Program-made: the position numbers and the translations under genes
In this document: piece by piece, positions 18,494 through 28,344 of the stretch
Layout of the letters: every line of letters begins with the position of its first letter
Position numbering within the stretch: the first letter of the stretch is position 1
From: an uncultured delta proteobacterium
Lineage (GTDB): Bacteria > Desulfobacterota > Binatia > Binatales > Binataceae
NCBI GenBank assembly: GCA_963794325.1
Contig: CAWCDG010000004.1
Span: 1,824,001-1,888,000 of the forward strand
DNA: 64,000 nucleotides
Direction of reading: 5' to 3'
Notes under the pieces: generated by a model
What the model saw: only the letters and a program-made list of their open reading frames with translations
Told to the model about the DNA's origin: nothing
The model's database searches: none

Positions 18494-20326
18494 ATGTTTT
18501 CAATCCGGCGATTGTCTGAAATTCTCGCGATTCTTCTTCTGTTGGTTGCGGCGCCGGCGCGCGCGCAAGATGCCGCCGGTGCGCATCGCGGACGCGGACG
18601 GATCGTGGTGCTGATGGTGTGGGACGGGCTGCGACCCGACTTCGTCACGCAACGCGATACTCCGAATCTGTTCCGGCTCGCGCGTGAGGGCGTGCGTTTC
18701 GACCGCCATCATTCGATCTTCCCGACGCTAACGATGGTGAACGCCACCGCGCTCGCGACGGGCGCGCCGCCGGGGGTCAACGGCCTCGAGGGCAACAACT
18801 TCTACTTGCCGCCGTCCGCGGAAACGCCGAAGGGTGAGATCGTCAGCGCCGAGGGAGCCAAGGCGATCCTGAATCTGAACGGGTCGAACGAATTCAAAGG
18901 GCGGCTGATCGGGCTCGACACTATTGTGCAGGAGGTCGCGCGCGAGGGCGGTTACGTCGGCGTGATTGGAAAGCAGGGACCGACTGCGGTGTTCGACAAT
19001 CGCGTCGCCACGATTGTCGACGGCAAGGACATCGTCGGCGAGCCGCACAAGGATTACCTGTTCGCGTCGGAAGACCTTGTAGCGCCGGAGTCGGCCAGTG
19101 AAAAGATCACGGTCCCGCCCGATTCGAAGACCGCGGTGGCCGACGAGCAGCGCGATTTGTACTACGCGCGGCTGGTGGTCGAGAACGTGCTGCCGGCGGC
19201 CAAGTTCGCCGCCGATGAGGGACGGCCCGCGCTGGTCGTCTTCTGGCAGCATAATCCGGATCTCACGCAGCATATCGCGGGACTCGGCACGCTGCCCGCG
19301 ATGGAGGCGCTCAGTCTGTGCGACGGTAACCTCATGCGCGTGCGCGCGGCGATCGACGCGCTTGGAATCGCGGACAAGACCGACCTGATCGTGGTTTCGG
19401 ACCATGGATTTGCGACGATCAAGTTCCGCATCGTGCTGTCCGAGATGCTGGTGGCGGCGGGAATCAAGAAATCGCACGACAGCACCGACGTGGTCGTCGT
19501 GCCCAACGGCGGCGCGGATCTGGTGTACCTGTCGCCGACCGAATTCGCGACGCCGGAATCGAAGCGCGCGGTGCTGCAAAAAATCGTCAACTTCGCCGAG
19601 GCGCAGGAATGGTGCGGGCCGATCTTCTCTCGCGAATCGGCGACTGCGCCCGACCAGCCGAGCCGCCGTGGACATCGTCAGCGCGCGCCCAAGCCGTATC
19701 TTGGATGGATCGACGGAACCTTCAGCCAGCGCGTCGTGGGACTGTACAATCCCGCTCGCTCGCCGGACCTGGTGATTTCATTTCGCGAGGAGCCCGACGC
19801 CGACAACAAGCATCTTACCGGGCCGGGCAATCCCGCGTTTCTGATCGGGCAAATCGGACAGGTCTCGACGCCGAACAAATCTGCCGAGCTGGTCCATCCG
19901 GTGAAGGGACTGGTGTACGCCGACACCGGGACCAGCCAGACGTTCACGACCGGGATGGGGATGCATGGCGCGGCGGGCGAGCGCGAGATTCATAATTTTT
20001 GCGCGGCGACGGGTCCGGACTTCCGCCGCGGATTCGTCGATGTGAATCCCACCGCGAACACCGACGTCACGCCGACAATCACGGAGATACTCGGCACGAT
20101 GCCGAATATTGGCCCCGGCGGAATCGCGCCCGCGGGGCGTTCGATGGCCGAAGCGCTGACAGACGGTCATCGCAGCGCAGGAGGATCGCACACGCAAACA
20201 ATGACGGCGGACCTGATGCTGCAAGGCGTCGAGGCAGTCACGACGCTCCACGTCACATGGATCGGCGACGAGCCGTACCTCGACAGCTCAACCGTCGAAC
20301 ACAAGCCGCTGGGCAGCTCGCCATAG
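18494..20326 (+). CDS. Secreted alkaline phosphatase superfamily (nucleotide pyrophosphatase/phosphodiesterase-type) protein
   Basis: Signal peptide, WDGLRPD, FPTLTMVNATALATG (Thr nucleophile), PDLTQH, SDHG, GMHG. Confidence 0.9.
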   Translation: MFSIRRLSEILAILLLLVAAPARAQDAAGAHRGRGRIVVLMVWDGLRPDFVTQRDTPNLFRLAREGVRFDRHHSIFPTLTMVNATALATGAPPGVNGLEGNNFYLPPSAETPKGEIVSAEGAKAILNLNGSNEFKGRLIGLDTIVQEVAREGGYVGVIGKQGPTAVFDNRVATIVDGKDIVGEPHKDYLFASEDLVAPESASEKITVPPDSKTAVADEQRDLYYARLVVENVLPAAKFAADEGRPALVVFWQHNPDLTQHIAGLGTLPAMEALSLCDGNLMRVRAAIDALGIADKTDLIVVSDHGFATIKFRIVLSEMLVAAGIKKSHDSTDVVVVPNGGADLVYLSPTEFATPESKRAVLQKIVNFAEAQEWCGPIFSRESATAPDQPSRRGHRQRAPKPYLGWIDGTFSQRVVGLYNPARSPDLVISFREEPDADNKHLTGPGNPAFLIGQIGQVSTPNKSAELVHPVKGLVYADTGTSQTFTTGMGMHGAAGEREIHNFCAATGPDFRRGFVDVNPTANTDVTPTITEILGTMPNIGPGGIAPAGRSMAEALTDGHRSAGGSHTQTMTADLMLQGVEAVTTLHVTWIGDEPYLDSSTVEHKPLGSSP

Positions 20327-20356
20327 TCTCAGTCCAATGCGGCGTATTTTTTGATT

Positions 20357-20516
20357 CCCTCCCCCATTGTGGGGGGAGGGTTAGGGTGGAGGACCATTGG
20401 CGCGCGATTGTCTGGTGCGCGCCATGCTCGTTCACGCCGGCGGATTTAAGAGATATGGTCCTCCACCCGCCGCGCGAGGACGCGTGTCGGCCTCCCCCCT
20501 CGAACGGGGGAGGCGA
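20357..20516. repeat. Family D inverted doublet (REPIN-like) between convergent genes
   Basis: CCCTCCCCCATTGTGGGGGGAGGG..GGGTGGAGGACCAT (20384-97) pairs with ATGGTCCTCCACCC (20455-68). Second hairpin CCTCCCCC..GGGGGAGG. Confidence 0.75.
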
Positions 20517-20547
20517 GGGCAGCCGCCGTTAGATTCGGTGCTGGCTG

Positions 20548-21240
20548 TTAACCGAGCGGGTTGCCGCCGAAGATCATTGGATGGAGTGCGAGGATCGCGA
20601 CCGTCAACACGACGCCTGCGCCGATCGCCGCCCATGGCATGTCGCCGCTGGTCCATCGGACGCGTCCGCTGATCAGTGCGGCGAACGGCGTGAACGACGT
20701 CTTCGCGACGAATGCCCGATAGTTCTCGCCGAGCGCGCGAATCTTGCGCTGGTCCTGATGCATCCCGCCGATGATCCCGAGCGCCGGGAACATCCCGAAG
20801 AAGATCACGTCGCCGGCCCATCCGTTCATCAGGATGTGCGCGATTCCGAACAGGCTGAATGCGACAAAACTCGGATGCCGGGTGATCTTCAGAATGCCGC
20901 GCGGTTCATTCCCGCCCGCCGAGGGCGCCATCCCACCCGGATTCGGATTGATGAAACTTCCGACGAACAGGATCAGCGCCGCGAGCATCAGAATCCACGC
21001 GAGCCATCGAATTGGCTCATCGGCGCGCAGGTACCAGAGCAGGGGTCCGGCGTGCTTGTTGCGCGCGAACTCGTAGATGAGCGGTCCAAGGGTCGCGGCC
21101 GCGACCAGCGAATAGATGCCGCGATACGGTTGATCGCCGACCGCATTGATCAACCGCGCGCGCACCGCTGACGACGATATGATCAGATGGCTGGCGAGGA
21201 ACGAGAACGCCCACAGTGCGATCCATATTGTCGCATCCAT
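20548..21240 (-). CDS. NnrU family membrane protein
   Basis: YRGIYSLVA, GILKITRHP, AHILMNG, HQDQRK, TSFTPF; multiple TM helices. Confidence 0.85.
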   Translation of the reverse strand: MDATIWIALWAFSFLASHLIISSSAVRARLINAVGDQPYRGIYSLVAAATLGPLIYEFARNKHAGPLLWYLRADEPIRWLAWILMLAALILFVGSFINPNPGGMAPSAGGNEPRGILKITRHPSFVAFSLFGIAHILMNGWAGDVIFFGMFPALGIIGGMHQDQRKIRALGENYRAFVAKTSFTPFAALISGRVRWTSGDMPWAAIGAGVVLTVAILALHPMIFGGNPLG

Positions 21241-21349
21241 AGCGGAATAATCGCACGATTGCGGTTTTGGTCAATGCAGCGCGCGCGTTGCAGTAAAATA
21301 GTCGATTCACGAATCGAGTCGAGCGGGGTTGTAGGTATCAGGAGCAAAA

Positions 21350-21535
21350 ATGATGATACCGACAATCCAGTTTGAAGAGGCGCGTTTCAGCGAAGTTGCG
21401 GTTCGAGTTGTCGAGCATGAGCTCAGCGACGGTGTCCGACTCGCACAGGCGTGCATTCTCGAGGAAATCCTCGGCGCAGTTTTCGGATCGATCACGCTGT
21501 GGTACTTGGTGAGTTCGATCGCCCACCTGGCGTGA
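21350..21535 (+). CDS. Small hypothetical protein with C-terminal hydrophobic segment
   Basis: SD CAGGAG before ATG. 61 aa, ending 8 nt before the ECF sigma gene. Confidence 0.5.
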   Translation: MMIPTIQFEEARFSEVAVRVVEHELSDGVRLAQACILEEILGAVFGSITLWYLVSSIAHLA

Positions 21536-21543
21536 CAGACGCG

Positions 21544-22053
21544 ATGCCGACGTTCAATCTCAAGCTGCCGCCGCCGTTCGAAGATGCGGTCAAGAGCATG
21601 GAGCGCGAGATCATGCGCTTCCTGATGAGGTCGACCGGCGATCGCGACGACGCGATGGACCTGTTTCAGGAGACGTGGCTGCGCGCGTATCGCGCGTATC
21701 CGACGTTGCAATCGGAAGATGGACTGCGGCCGTGGGTTTTTCGAATCGCGTCCAACCTGTGCCGCAACCGCGCGCGCGACCGGATGCGTCGCAGGCGCGT
21801 GATCTCGCATGAGAGTGCTGACGACGAGTCGGTCGAGCATCGCGCGCAGCATCATCTTAATGGCGGGCCCGAAGGCGCGCTTCATTTGAAGCGATCGATC
21901 GCTCGGCTGCCGGGCAAGCAGGGGCAGGCATTGATGATGCGCAAGTTCGCCGGGCTCGAATATGCGGAGATCGGCGCGGCGCTCGATTGCTCGGCCGAGA
22001 GCGCGCGCGCATGCGTTTACCAGGCGTTAAAGAAACTCCGGGTCGAAGAGTAA
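21544..22053 (+). CDS. ECF RNA polymerase sigma-70 factor
   Basis: Region 2 DAMDLFQETWLRAYR..LRPWVFRIASNLCRN. Region 4 LPGKQGQALMMRKFAGLEYAEIGAAL. Confidence 0.93.
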   Translation: MPTFNLKLPPPFEDAVKSMEREIMRFLMRSTGDRDDAMDLFQETWLRAYRAYPTLQSEDGLRPWVFRIASNLCRNRARDRMRRRRVISHESADDESVEHRAQHHLNGGPEGALHLKRSIARLPGKQGQALMMRKFAGLEYAEIGAALDCSAESARACVYQALKKLRVEE

Positions 22054-22058
22054 TCAAT

Positions 22059-22862
22059 ATGAAAAGCAATCAAGCAGGTTCGCAGATGAAAGATAATCCA
22101 CTGATCGACGACCGGATGCTCGACGCAATGATCGTTCGGACGCGGCCGCGCATCGAGCGCGCGATGAAGGTTCTGCGACGGCCGCAGGCGCGGGTCGGCG
22201 TGATTCCGTCACCGCTCGGGAAACTTCTGGTCGCGGAGAGCGATCGCGGTCTCGCCGCGATTCACTTTCTTTTCATCAGTGGAGGCGAGCGCACGCTCGA
22301 GTTGCTGCGCAAGAAGTTTGACCTGATCGAAAATGAAGCGAGCGCCCGCCGTATCGAGAAGGAAATCGATCGCGTCTTCGAAGGCGGCATCGACGCCACG
22401 GCGCGCCCGGTGGATTTGAGCCTGGTCGAGAGTGACTTCCAGCGCCGCGCGTACACGTTTCTTCGGAAGGTCCCGGCTGGGGCGGTGATTACTTATCAAG
22501 GGCTCGCTGCGACGGTTGGAAATCCGGACGCACAGCGCGCAATCGGCACTACGATGGCGACGAATCCGATTCCTATTTTCGTGCCGTGCCATCGCGTGAT
22601 CAAATCCAACGGAACGATCGGCAACTACGGCGGAGGCGTCGACAACAAGATCAAGCTGTTGCGCGCGGAAGGATTCGAAGTCGGACGCGATTTGCGATTG
22701 CCGTCGCGCGCCGTGATGGGCCATCGACACACCAAAATATTCTGCCGGCCCGATTGCTCGGCGGCGCGGCGCGCCGATCCTGACAATGCGTTAATTTATG
22801 CTGACTCGCGGCACGCACGGCATGAGGGCCTGAGGGCGTGCAAGCTTTGCAAACCCGAGTGA
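22059..22862 (+). CDS. ogt: Methylated-DNA--protein-cysteine methyltransferase with C-terminal Ada Zn-binding domain
   Basis: NPIPIFVPCHRVI active site. C-terminal IFCRPDC...GLRACKLCKP resembles N-Ada FCRPSC...GFRPCKRCQP. Confidence 0.9.
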   Translation: MKSNQAGSQMKDNPLIDDRMLDAMIVRTRPRIERAMKVLRRPQARVGVIPSPLGKLLVAESDRGLAAIHFLFISGGERTLELLRKKFDLIENEASARRIEKEIDRVFEGGIDATARPVDLSLVESDFQRRAYTFLRKVPAGAVITYQGLAATVGNPDAQRAIGTTMATNPIPIFVPCHRVIKSNGTIGNYGGGVDNKIKLLRAEGFEVGRDLRLPSRAVMGHRHTKIFCRPDCSAARRADPDNALIYADSRHARHEGLRACKLCKPE

Positions 22863-22882
22863 ATAGGGGGTACTGAAAAGAC

Positions 22883-22919
22883 AAAAGGGCGGCACCGGAT
22901 GCGGCGCCGCCCTTCTTTT
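22883..22919. terminator. Bidirectional intrinsic terminator
   Basis: AAAAGGGCGGCACCG-GATG-CGGCGCCGCCCTTCTTTT between convergent genes. Confidence 0.8.
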
Positions 22920-22940
22920 GATTCGATCGCTGGATGCGGA

Positions 22941-23291
22941 TTATTCGGTTTCCGACTGCGACCTGAGCTGCTGAATCTGCTGGCGCTGATTCTCGATTTC
23001 CTGCTGCTGCGACTGCACCTGCGCCTGGGTCTGCGCATTGGCATTCTGCGTATTCTGCATCGAATTGCCGACTACGTAGCCAGTACCGCCGCCCAGTACA
23101 CCGCCGATCGCGGCGCCCGCCAGAGGATGGCCGACCGCCGCTCCGATAAGTGCTCCGCCGCCTGCGCCCAACGCCGTGCCGCCGAGTGTGCCTTCCTCAC
23201 GAGTCGTGAGCGGCTGCCCCGAGCATCCTGCAATAACCAGCGACCCCGCCAGCGCCAGACTCGCGATAATTGCTATTAAACCTTTGCGCAT
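22941..23291 (-). CDS. Glycine-zipper lipoprotein (paralog 3)
   Basis: Lipobox IAGC, GxxxG zipper, Q-rich coiled coil, ends ETE. Confidence 0.88.
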   Translation of the reverse strand: MRKGLIAIIASLALAGSLVIAGCSGQPLTTREEGTLGGTALGAGGGALIGAAVGHPLAGAAIGGVLGGGTGYVVGNSMQNTQNANAQTQAQVQSQQQEIENQRQQIQQLRSQSETE

Positions 23292-23334
23292 AAAGAAAAA
23301 ACCTCCATCTTCCGATCACTATACGTCACAGGAG

Positions 23335-23682
23335 CTATTCGGTTTCCTGTTGTCCCTTTAATTGTTGAATTTGCTGACGCTGCTCTTCCAATTGTTGTTG
23401 TTGTGATTGCACCTGAGCCTGTGTTTGCGCGTTGGCATTCTCATTGTTCTGCATCGCGTTGCCGACCGCGTAGCCGCCTACTCCACCGACTGCCGTACCA
23501 ATAGCCGCGCCGGCCAGAGGTGCGCCGACCGCGGCGCCGATAATCGCGCCGGTAGCCGCGCCGATACCAGCACCACCCAGAGTGCCTTTCTCGCGCGTCG
23601 AGAGCGGATCTCCCGAGCATCCCGCAACCAGAAATAGCGCCGCGAGGGCCAACGCTCCGGTTATAATAGCGTGCTTTCTCAT
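23335..23682 (-). CDS. Glycine-zipper lipoprotein (paralog 2)
   Basis: Lipobox VAGC, PLSTREKGTLGGAGIGAATGAIIGAAVG, ends ETE. Confidence 0.88.
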   Translation of the reverse strand: MRKHAIITGALALAALFLVAGCSGDPLSTREKGTLGGAGIGAATGAIIGAAVGAPLAGAAIGTAVGGVGGYAVGNAMQNNENANAQTQAQVQSQQQQLEEQRQQIQQLKGQQETE

Positions 23683-23698
23683 GTTCCTTTCTCGCCTG

Positions 23699-24052
23699 CT
23701 ACTCGGTTTCGCTCGAGCTCTTCAACTGTTGAATCTGCCGTTGCTGGCTTTCGATCTGTTGTTGCTGGGAATTGATCTGCGACTGGGTTTGAGCCTGCTG
23801 ATTTTCGGTATTCTGCATCTGGTTGCCGATTGCGTATCCGCCCAATGCGCCGATACCGCCGCCGATTGCCGCACCCGCCAACGGGTTGCCAACCGCCGCG
23901 CCGATAATCGCGCCCGTTGCAGCGCCGACGCCAGTGCCGATAAATGTGCCCTTCTCACGTGTCGACAGTGGCTGCCCCGAGCATCCCATGACCACCACCA
24001 TCGCAATCGCCACGAGCAGACCCTTAATTACAGACGTCGCATTTGTCGGCAC
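23699..24052 (-). CDS. Glycine-zipper lipoprotein (paralog 1)
   Basis: GTG start after GGAGG, lipobox VMGC, same architecture, ends ETE. Confidence 0.85.
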   Translation of the reverse strand: MPTNATSVIKGLLVAIAMVVVMGCSGQPLSTREKGTFIGTGVGAATGAIIGAAVGNPLAGAAIGGGIGALGGYAIGNQMQNTENQQAQTQSQINSQQQQIESQQRQIQQLKSSSETE

Positions 24053-24324
24053 CAGCTTTCCTCCGTCAAGTGAGCAGTTTTCATGCCCGCTAAGGCCGCG
24101 AGATTTTCCAACCAATTGGCGAGAGAGTTTCATATTCGCCCGGCCAGTTTTCTACCTTCTGCGTGGGCGATCAACCATTTCAAACAAAAATCGCGAATTG
24201 AAATTTTTACCGATTTCCTGTTTCACACGCCACGATTAACGAACATTCATCTTTTTACACCCGCTGCAACGAACGCGCACAATAGCAGAAATCCCGGGCT
24301 CCTTCATTCTCTTGTGGCGCCGCG

Positions 24325-25644
24325 TTACTGAACGAGGAACAGCCGCCATTCTTCGGGTACGCCCTTGAGTCCATGCATGCCGCGATCTGCGAATCGCAGT
24401 CCCGATCCCGCGACGAGGTCCCGGACCGTGCTTGAAACCACCACTTCGTCCGGTCCGGCGGTGGCTGCGACGCGCGCCGCAATATGCACTGCGATACCTT
24501 CGATATCGTCGCCGTTCAGCTCGCACTCGCCGGTGTGGAGCCCGGCGCGGACCTGGAGTCCCAGTGGACGCAGAATTTCGCGCATCGAACAGGCGCATCG
24601 AATCGCGCGATTCGGCCCGTCGAAGGTGGCCAGCAGTCCGTCGCCCCGGGTGCCCATATCGCGGCCGTGGAAAATGGTCAGCTGTTTTCGCACTGCGATG
24701 AAGAAATTGCTGAGCACCTCGCTCCATCGCAGGTCGCCCATCTCGGCTGCGTGCTCAGTCGAGCGCACGATATCGATGAACATCACGGTGGCCAGCACCC
24801 GGTCGGGATCAGGGCGATGACGTATGCCGGTAATGAATTCCTCGATCTCGTCGAGCACAAAATCCTGCAGTTCCTGATCGAAGGCTTGGAGCAAATGGTC
24901 CGAGCCCGGCAGCTCGACATACTTCGCTCCGGGAATCTTTTGGGCCAGATCGTGCCCGACTGCGAGGGGGACCAGCGAATCATCCTTGCGATGGAAAATC
25001 AGGGTCGGCACGCGGATCGACGGCAGCACGTGTCGCACGTCATTCTCGTAGTCCGCTCGGAACAATGCCTGGATAGCTCCCGGACTTGCCGCGGCGCGCT
25101 CGAGCCGGCCGAACGATTGGACAAAGGCTTTATCCTCGCGCATGCTCGGCGCGTTGAGACCAACGAGGATTCCCTCGCCCCAGTGCTCATCGAGCGCACG
25201 AAGGAATCGTTCGAATAGCGGCTGCGACACGGAATATGGTTCCGCCTTCATCGCCGCAAAGGTGCCGTAAATCACCAGCGCCGAGGTTCGTTCAGGGTAC
25301 GTGGCAGCGAACATCAATGACATCGGGCCGCCCTCTGACCAGCCAATGACGGTCGCGCTCTTCGAGCCGGCCGCATCCAACGCTGCCCGCATGTCCCCGA
25401 TTCGCTCTTCGAGGCTGTGCTCGGCGACTCGATCGGAGAGCCCCTGGCCGCGCTTATCGAAGACTATCACCCGGGCGAAAGAAGTGAGTCTCTTGAGCAT
25501 GTACTCGTTGGCCGGCAGTTCCCAGTAGAGTTCGACATGCGAGAGAGTTCCCGGGACCAGCACGATATCGCGCGGGCCGTCGCCGAAAACTCGATAGGCG
25601 ATGTGCACATCGCCGCTTTTGGCATATTTGGTCTGAGCTTCCAT
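24325..25644 (-). CDS. Alpha/beta hydrolase + class III cyclase (LipJ/Rv1900c-like)
   Basis: MEAQTKYAKSGDVHIAY, FDKRGQGLSD, GWSEGG, then FIDIVRST, RGDG, GLHTGE, AVHIAARV. Confidence 0.93.
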   Translation of the reverse strand: MEAQTKYAKSGDVHIAYRVFGDGPRDIVLVPGTLSHVELYWELPANEYMLKRLTSFARVIVFDKRGQGLSDRVAEHSLEERIGDMRAALDAAGSKSATVIGWSEGGPMSLMFAATYPERTSALVIYGTFAAMKAEPYSVSQPLFERFLRALDEHWGEGILVGLNAPSMREDKAFVQSFGRLERAAASPGAIQALFRADYENDVRHVLPSIRVPTLIFHRKDDSLVPLAVGHDLAQKIPGAKYVELPGSDHLLQAFDQELQDFVLDEIEEFITGIRHRPDPDRVLATVMFIDIVRSTEHAAEMGDLRWSEVLSNFFIAVRKQLTIFHGRDMGTRGDGLLATFDGPNRAIRCACSMREILRPLGLQVRAGLHTGECELNGDDIEGIAVHIAARVAATAGPDEVVVSSTVRDLVAGSGLRFADRGMHGLKGVPEEWRLFLVQ

Positions 25645-25758
25645 CGATTTGTCAGCCCCGCCCGGCATCCTTCCGAAGGACGCGGAAGAATCATAGGCAA
25701 GACCCGGCGCAGGGGCCAGCCCCGCATCGTCGCGAGAGGAGGCGCGGATCTTCGGGTA

Positions 25759-25794
25759 TTGACAGAACTTCGATAATTCGATAGTTATCAAAAT
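25759..25794 (+). promoter_or_regulatory. ars operon promoter with putative ArsR operator
   Basis: TTGACA (25759-64) with a -10-like element near 25782. Imperfect inverted repeat TTCGATAA..TTATCAAA immediately before the arsR ATG. Confidence 0.6.
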
Positions 25795-26181
25795 ATGAAA
25801 AAGGAAAGAGCGATTGCGGCGCTCGCTGCGTTGGCGCAGGAATCGCGGCTCGACGTGTTCCGGATGCTGGTCCAGAGCGGCCCCGACGGACTGCCGGCCG
25901 GCGAAATCGGCGCCAAGCTCGGCGTTCCCTCGCCCACTCTCTCGTTCCATCTGAATCATCTCAAACACGCCGGTCTGGTGACCTGCCGGCGCGACAGCCG
26001 CTCGATCATTTACAGCGCCGACTACAAGGCGATGAACGATCTGATTTCCTATCTGATGGAAAACTGCTGCCGGGGAAATGCGCAAGAATGTGCGCCGGCG
26101 GTCTGCAAGCCTGCGCGAGAGACGAACGTCAAACAACAACAAAAGCTCCGCAATGCGGAGCGAGGGAAGGTGAACGCATGA
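25795..26181 (+). CDS. arsR: ArsR/SmtB family repressor
   Basis: ALAQESRLDVFRML, TLSFHLNHL, C-terminal ENCC..C. Confidence 0.93.
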   Translation: MKKERAIAALAALAQESRLDVFRMLVQSGPDGLPAGEIGAKLGVPSPTLSFHLNHLKHAGLVTCRRDSRSIIYSADYKAMNDLISYLMENCCRGNAQECAPAVCKPARETNVKQQQKLRNAERGKVNA

Positions 26182-26627
26182 AGCGCATGCATATCCACGT
26201 CGCGGTCAAGGAAATTCCCGAGTCAATCAAATTCTACTCGACGATGTTCGGCGTCGAGCCGTCGGTGGTGAAAAAAGATTACGCGAAGTGGATGCTCGAC
26301 GACCCGCGCGTGAACTTCGCCGTATCGACCTTCGGGCAGGCGACGACCGGCCTCGATCACCTGGGAATACAGGTCGAATCGCCAGACGAACTGCGCGAGA
26401 TTTCCGGCCGGCTCAAAGCCGCGGAGCAGACTTTGGTCGAGCAGACCAACGCCTCATGCTGCTATGCGCGTTCGGACAAGGCGTGGGCGACCGATCCGAA
26501 CGGGCTGTCGTGGGAGACCTTCTTCACGATGGGCGAGACCACCGTTTACGGCGAGGACTTGCGGCCCGTCGCGGAAGCGAAGACGGTCGCGCCCGCCACC
26601 GCCTGCTGCGCTAAGACCAGCGCCTGA
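26178..26627 (+). CDS. ArsI/CadI family VOC metalloenzyme
   Basis: MKRMHIHVAV, DYAKWMLDDPRVNF, LDHLGIQV, CCYARSDKAW. Confidence 0.9.
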   Translation: MKRMHIHVAVKEIPESIKFYSTMFGVEPSVVKKDYAKWMLDDPRVNFAVSTFGQATTGLDHLGIQVESPDELREISGRLKAAEQTLVEQTNASCCYARSDKAWATDPNGLSWETFFTMGETTVYGEDLRPVAEAKTVAPATACCAKTSA

Positions 26628-26639
26628 TCGGAGACTCCC

Positions 26640-27152
26640 ATGGCGAATCGGGAATTCAATGTGCTGTTTCTATGCACCGGCAATTCGGCGCGCAGCATCA
26701 TGGCGGAATGCGCGATGAATCGATGGGGCAAGGGCAAGTTCAAGGCATTCAGCGCCGGCAGTCATCCCTCGGGCGCGGTGCATCCGGCGACGCTGCAACT
26801 GCTCAATGAGCTGAACTACGAAACGCGCCGGCTGCGCAGCAAGAGCTGGGACGAATTCGCACGACCGGATAGTCCGCCGTTGGATTTTGTCTTCACGGTC
26901 TGCGACAAAGCGGCCGCCGAAATGTGTCCGGTGTGGCCCGGACAGCCAATTACGGCGCATTGGGGCGCATCCGATCCCGCGGCATTCGTCGGGCCCGATG
27001 AAGCGAAGCGCCGCTTTTTTTTGAAGATATACACCGAGCTTGAAAACCGGATAAAGATTTTCTCCAGCCTGCCTTTCGATTCGCTCGACCGCTTCGCACT
27101 CGAGCGACGCGTCAGGGAAATCGGAACCGTCAAGCTGCCGGACGACAAATGA
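26640..27152 (+). CDS. arsC: Arsenate reductase ArsC (LMW-PTP fold)
   Basis: [26 protein letters not shown]. Confidence 0.93.
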   Translation: MANREFNVLFLCTGNSARSIMAECAMNRWGKGKFKAFSAGSHPSGAVHPATLQLLNELNYETRRLRSKSWDEFARPDSPPLDFVFTVCDKAAAEMCPVWPGQPITAHWGASDPAAFVGPDEAKRRFFLKIYTELENRIKIFSSLPFDSLDRFALERRVREIGTVKLPDDK

Positions 27153-28240
27153 ACACGAAGATTCGCCGACTCTCGTTTCTCGACCGTTACCTGACGTTGT
27201 GGATTTTCCTGGCGATGGCGGCTGGAATCGCGTTGGGCGCGGCGGCGCCGGGTGTGCGGATTGTCTTCGATCGCCTGAGCGTGGGCACGACCTCGATACC
27301 AATCGCGATCGGACTCATCCTGATGATGTACCCGCCGCTGGCGAAGGTGAATTACGACGAGCTCGGCGATGTCTTTCGCGATTGGAAAATCCTCGGCCTC
27401 TCGATGGTCCAGAACTGGATCATCGGTCCGATCCTGATGTTCGCACTCGCCGTGATATTCCTTCGCGATCGTCCGGAGTACATGACCGGCCTGATCATCA
27501 TCGGGCTGGCACGGTGTATCGCGATGGTAATCGTGTGGAACGACCTGGCCTGCGGCGACACCGAATACTGCGCCGGACTGGTTGCCTTCAATTCGATCTT
27601 CCAGGTGTTGTTCTTCTCGCTCTATGCGTATGTGTTCGTGACGGTAATCCCGCGATGGCTCGGGCTGGGCGGCGCTATCGTTCAAATCACGATCGGTCAG
27701 ATCGCGCAAAGCGTCGCCATCTATCTGGGCGTACCGTTCGTGGCGGGTTTTGCGACCTGGAAAATCCTTACCGCGCGGATGGGCAAGGCCTGGTATCGCG
27801 AGCGTTTCGTTCCGAAGATCAGTCCGCTCACGCTCATCTTCCTGCTCTTCACCATCGTAGTGATGTTTTCGATCAAGGGCGCGAAAATCGTGCACCTGCC
27901 GCTCGACGTGGTGCGCATCGCGATTCCGCTGCTGCTCTACTTCACGATCATGTTCGCGCTGTCCTTCGTGCTAAGCCGCGCCGTCGGCGCAACCTATCCG
28001 CAGACGGCGACCCTGTCTTTCACGGCGGCGTCCAACAATTTCGAGCTCGCTATCGCAGTCGCAGTCGCGACCTTCGGCATCGACAGCGGAGCAGCCTTCG
28101 CCGCCGTAATCGGACCGCTGATCGAAGTCCCGGTGATGATCGGCCTGGTGGACGTCGCCCGATGGGCTCAGCGCAGTTATTTTCCAACGTCGCCAGCCGC
28201 GATAGATTTACCTGATCGACGCGACGCCAGGAGAGCCTAG
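27149..28240 (+). CDS. acr3: ACR3 family arsenite efflux transporter
   Basis: [44 protein letters not shown]. Confidence 0.96.
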   Translation: MNTKIRRLSFLDRYLTLWIFLAMAAGIALGAAAPGVRIVFDRLSVGTTSIPIAIGLILMMYPPLAKVNYDELGDVFRDWKILGLSMVQNWIIGPILMFALAVIFLRDRPEYMTGLIIIGLARCIAMVIVWNDLACGDTEYCAGLVAFNSIFQVLFFSLYAYVFVTVIPRWLGLGGAIVQITIGQIAQSVAIYLGVPFVAGFATWKILTARMGKAWYRERFVPKISPLTLIFLLFTIVVMFSIKGAKIVHLPLDVVRIAIPLLLYFTIMFALSFVLSRAVGATYPQTATLSFTAASNNFELAIAVAVATFGIDSGAAFAAVIGPLIEVPVMIGLVDVARWAQRSYFPTSPAAIDLPDRRDARRA

Positions 28241-28344
28241 CGATATCAATCTGGGTGAGAGGCGGCCGGCGGGCGTAGCCGCCGATAGGTGAGGCAAGAT
28301 GCAAGCGCGCAACGTCGCTGCTCTTTCTTCTCTTGTCTTTTCAT

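Noticed and set aside
24325-26142. 605-aa version of the hydrolase-cyclase, and other N-terminally extended ORF-track starts (gap, metG, tsaD, BNR, Fmt-like, Fur)
   Set aside because: The extensions overlap divergent genes or repeats; family-typical starts lie downstream.
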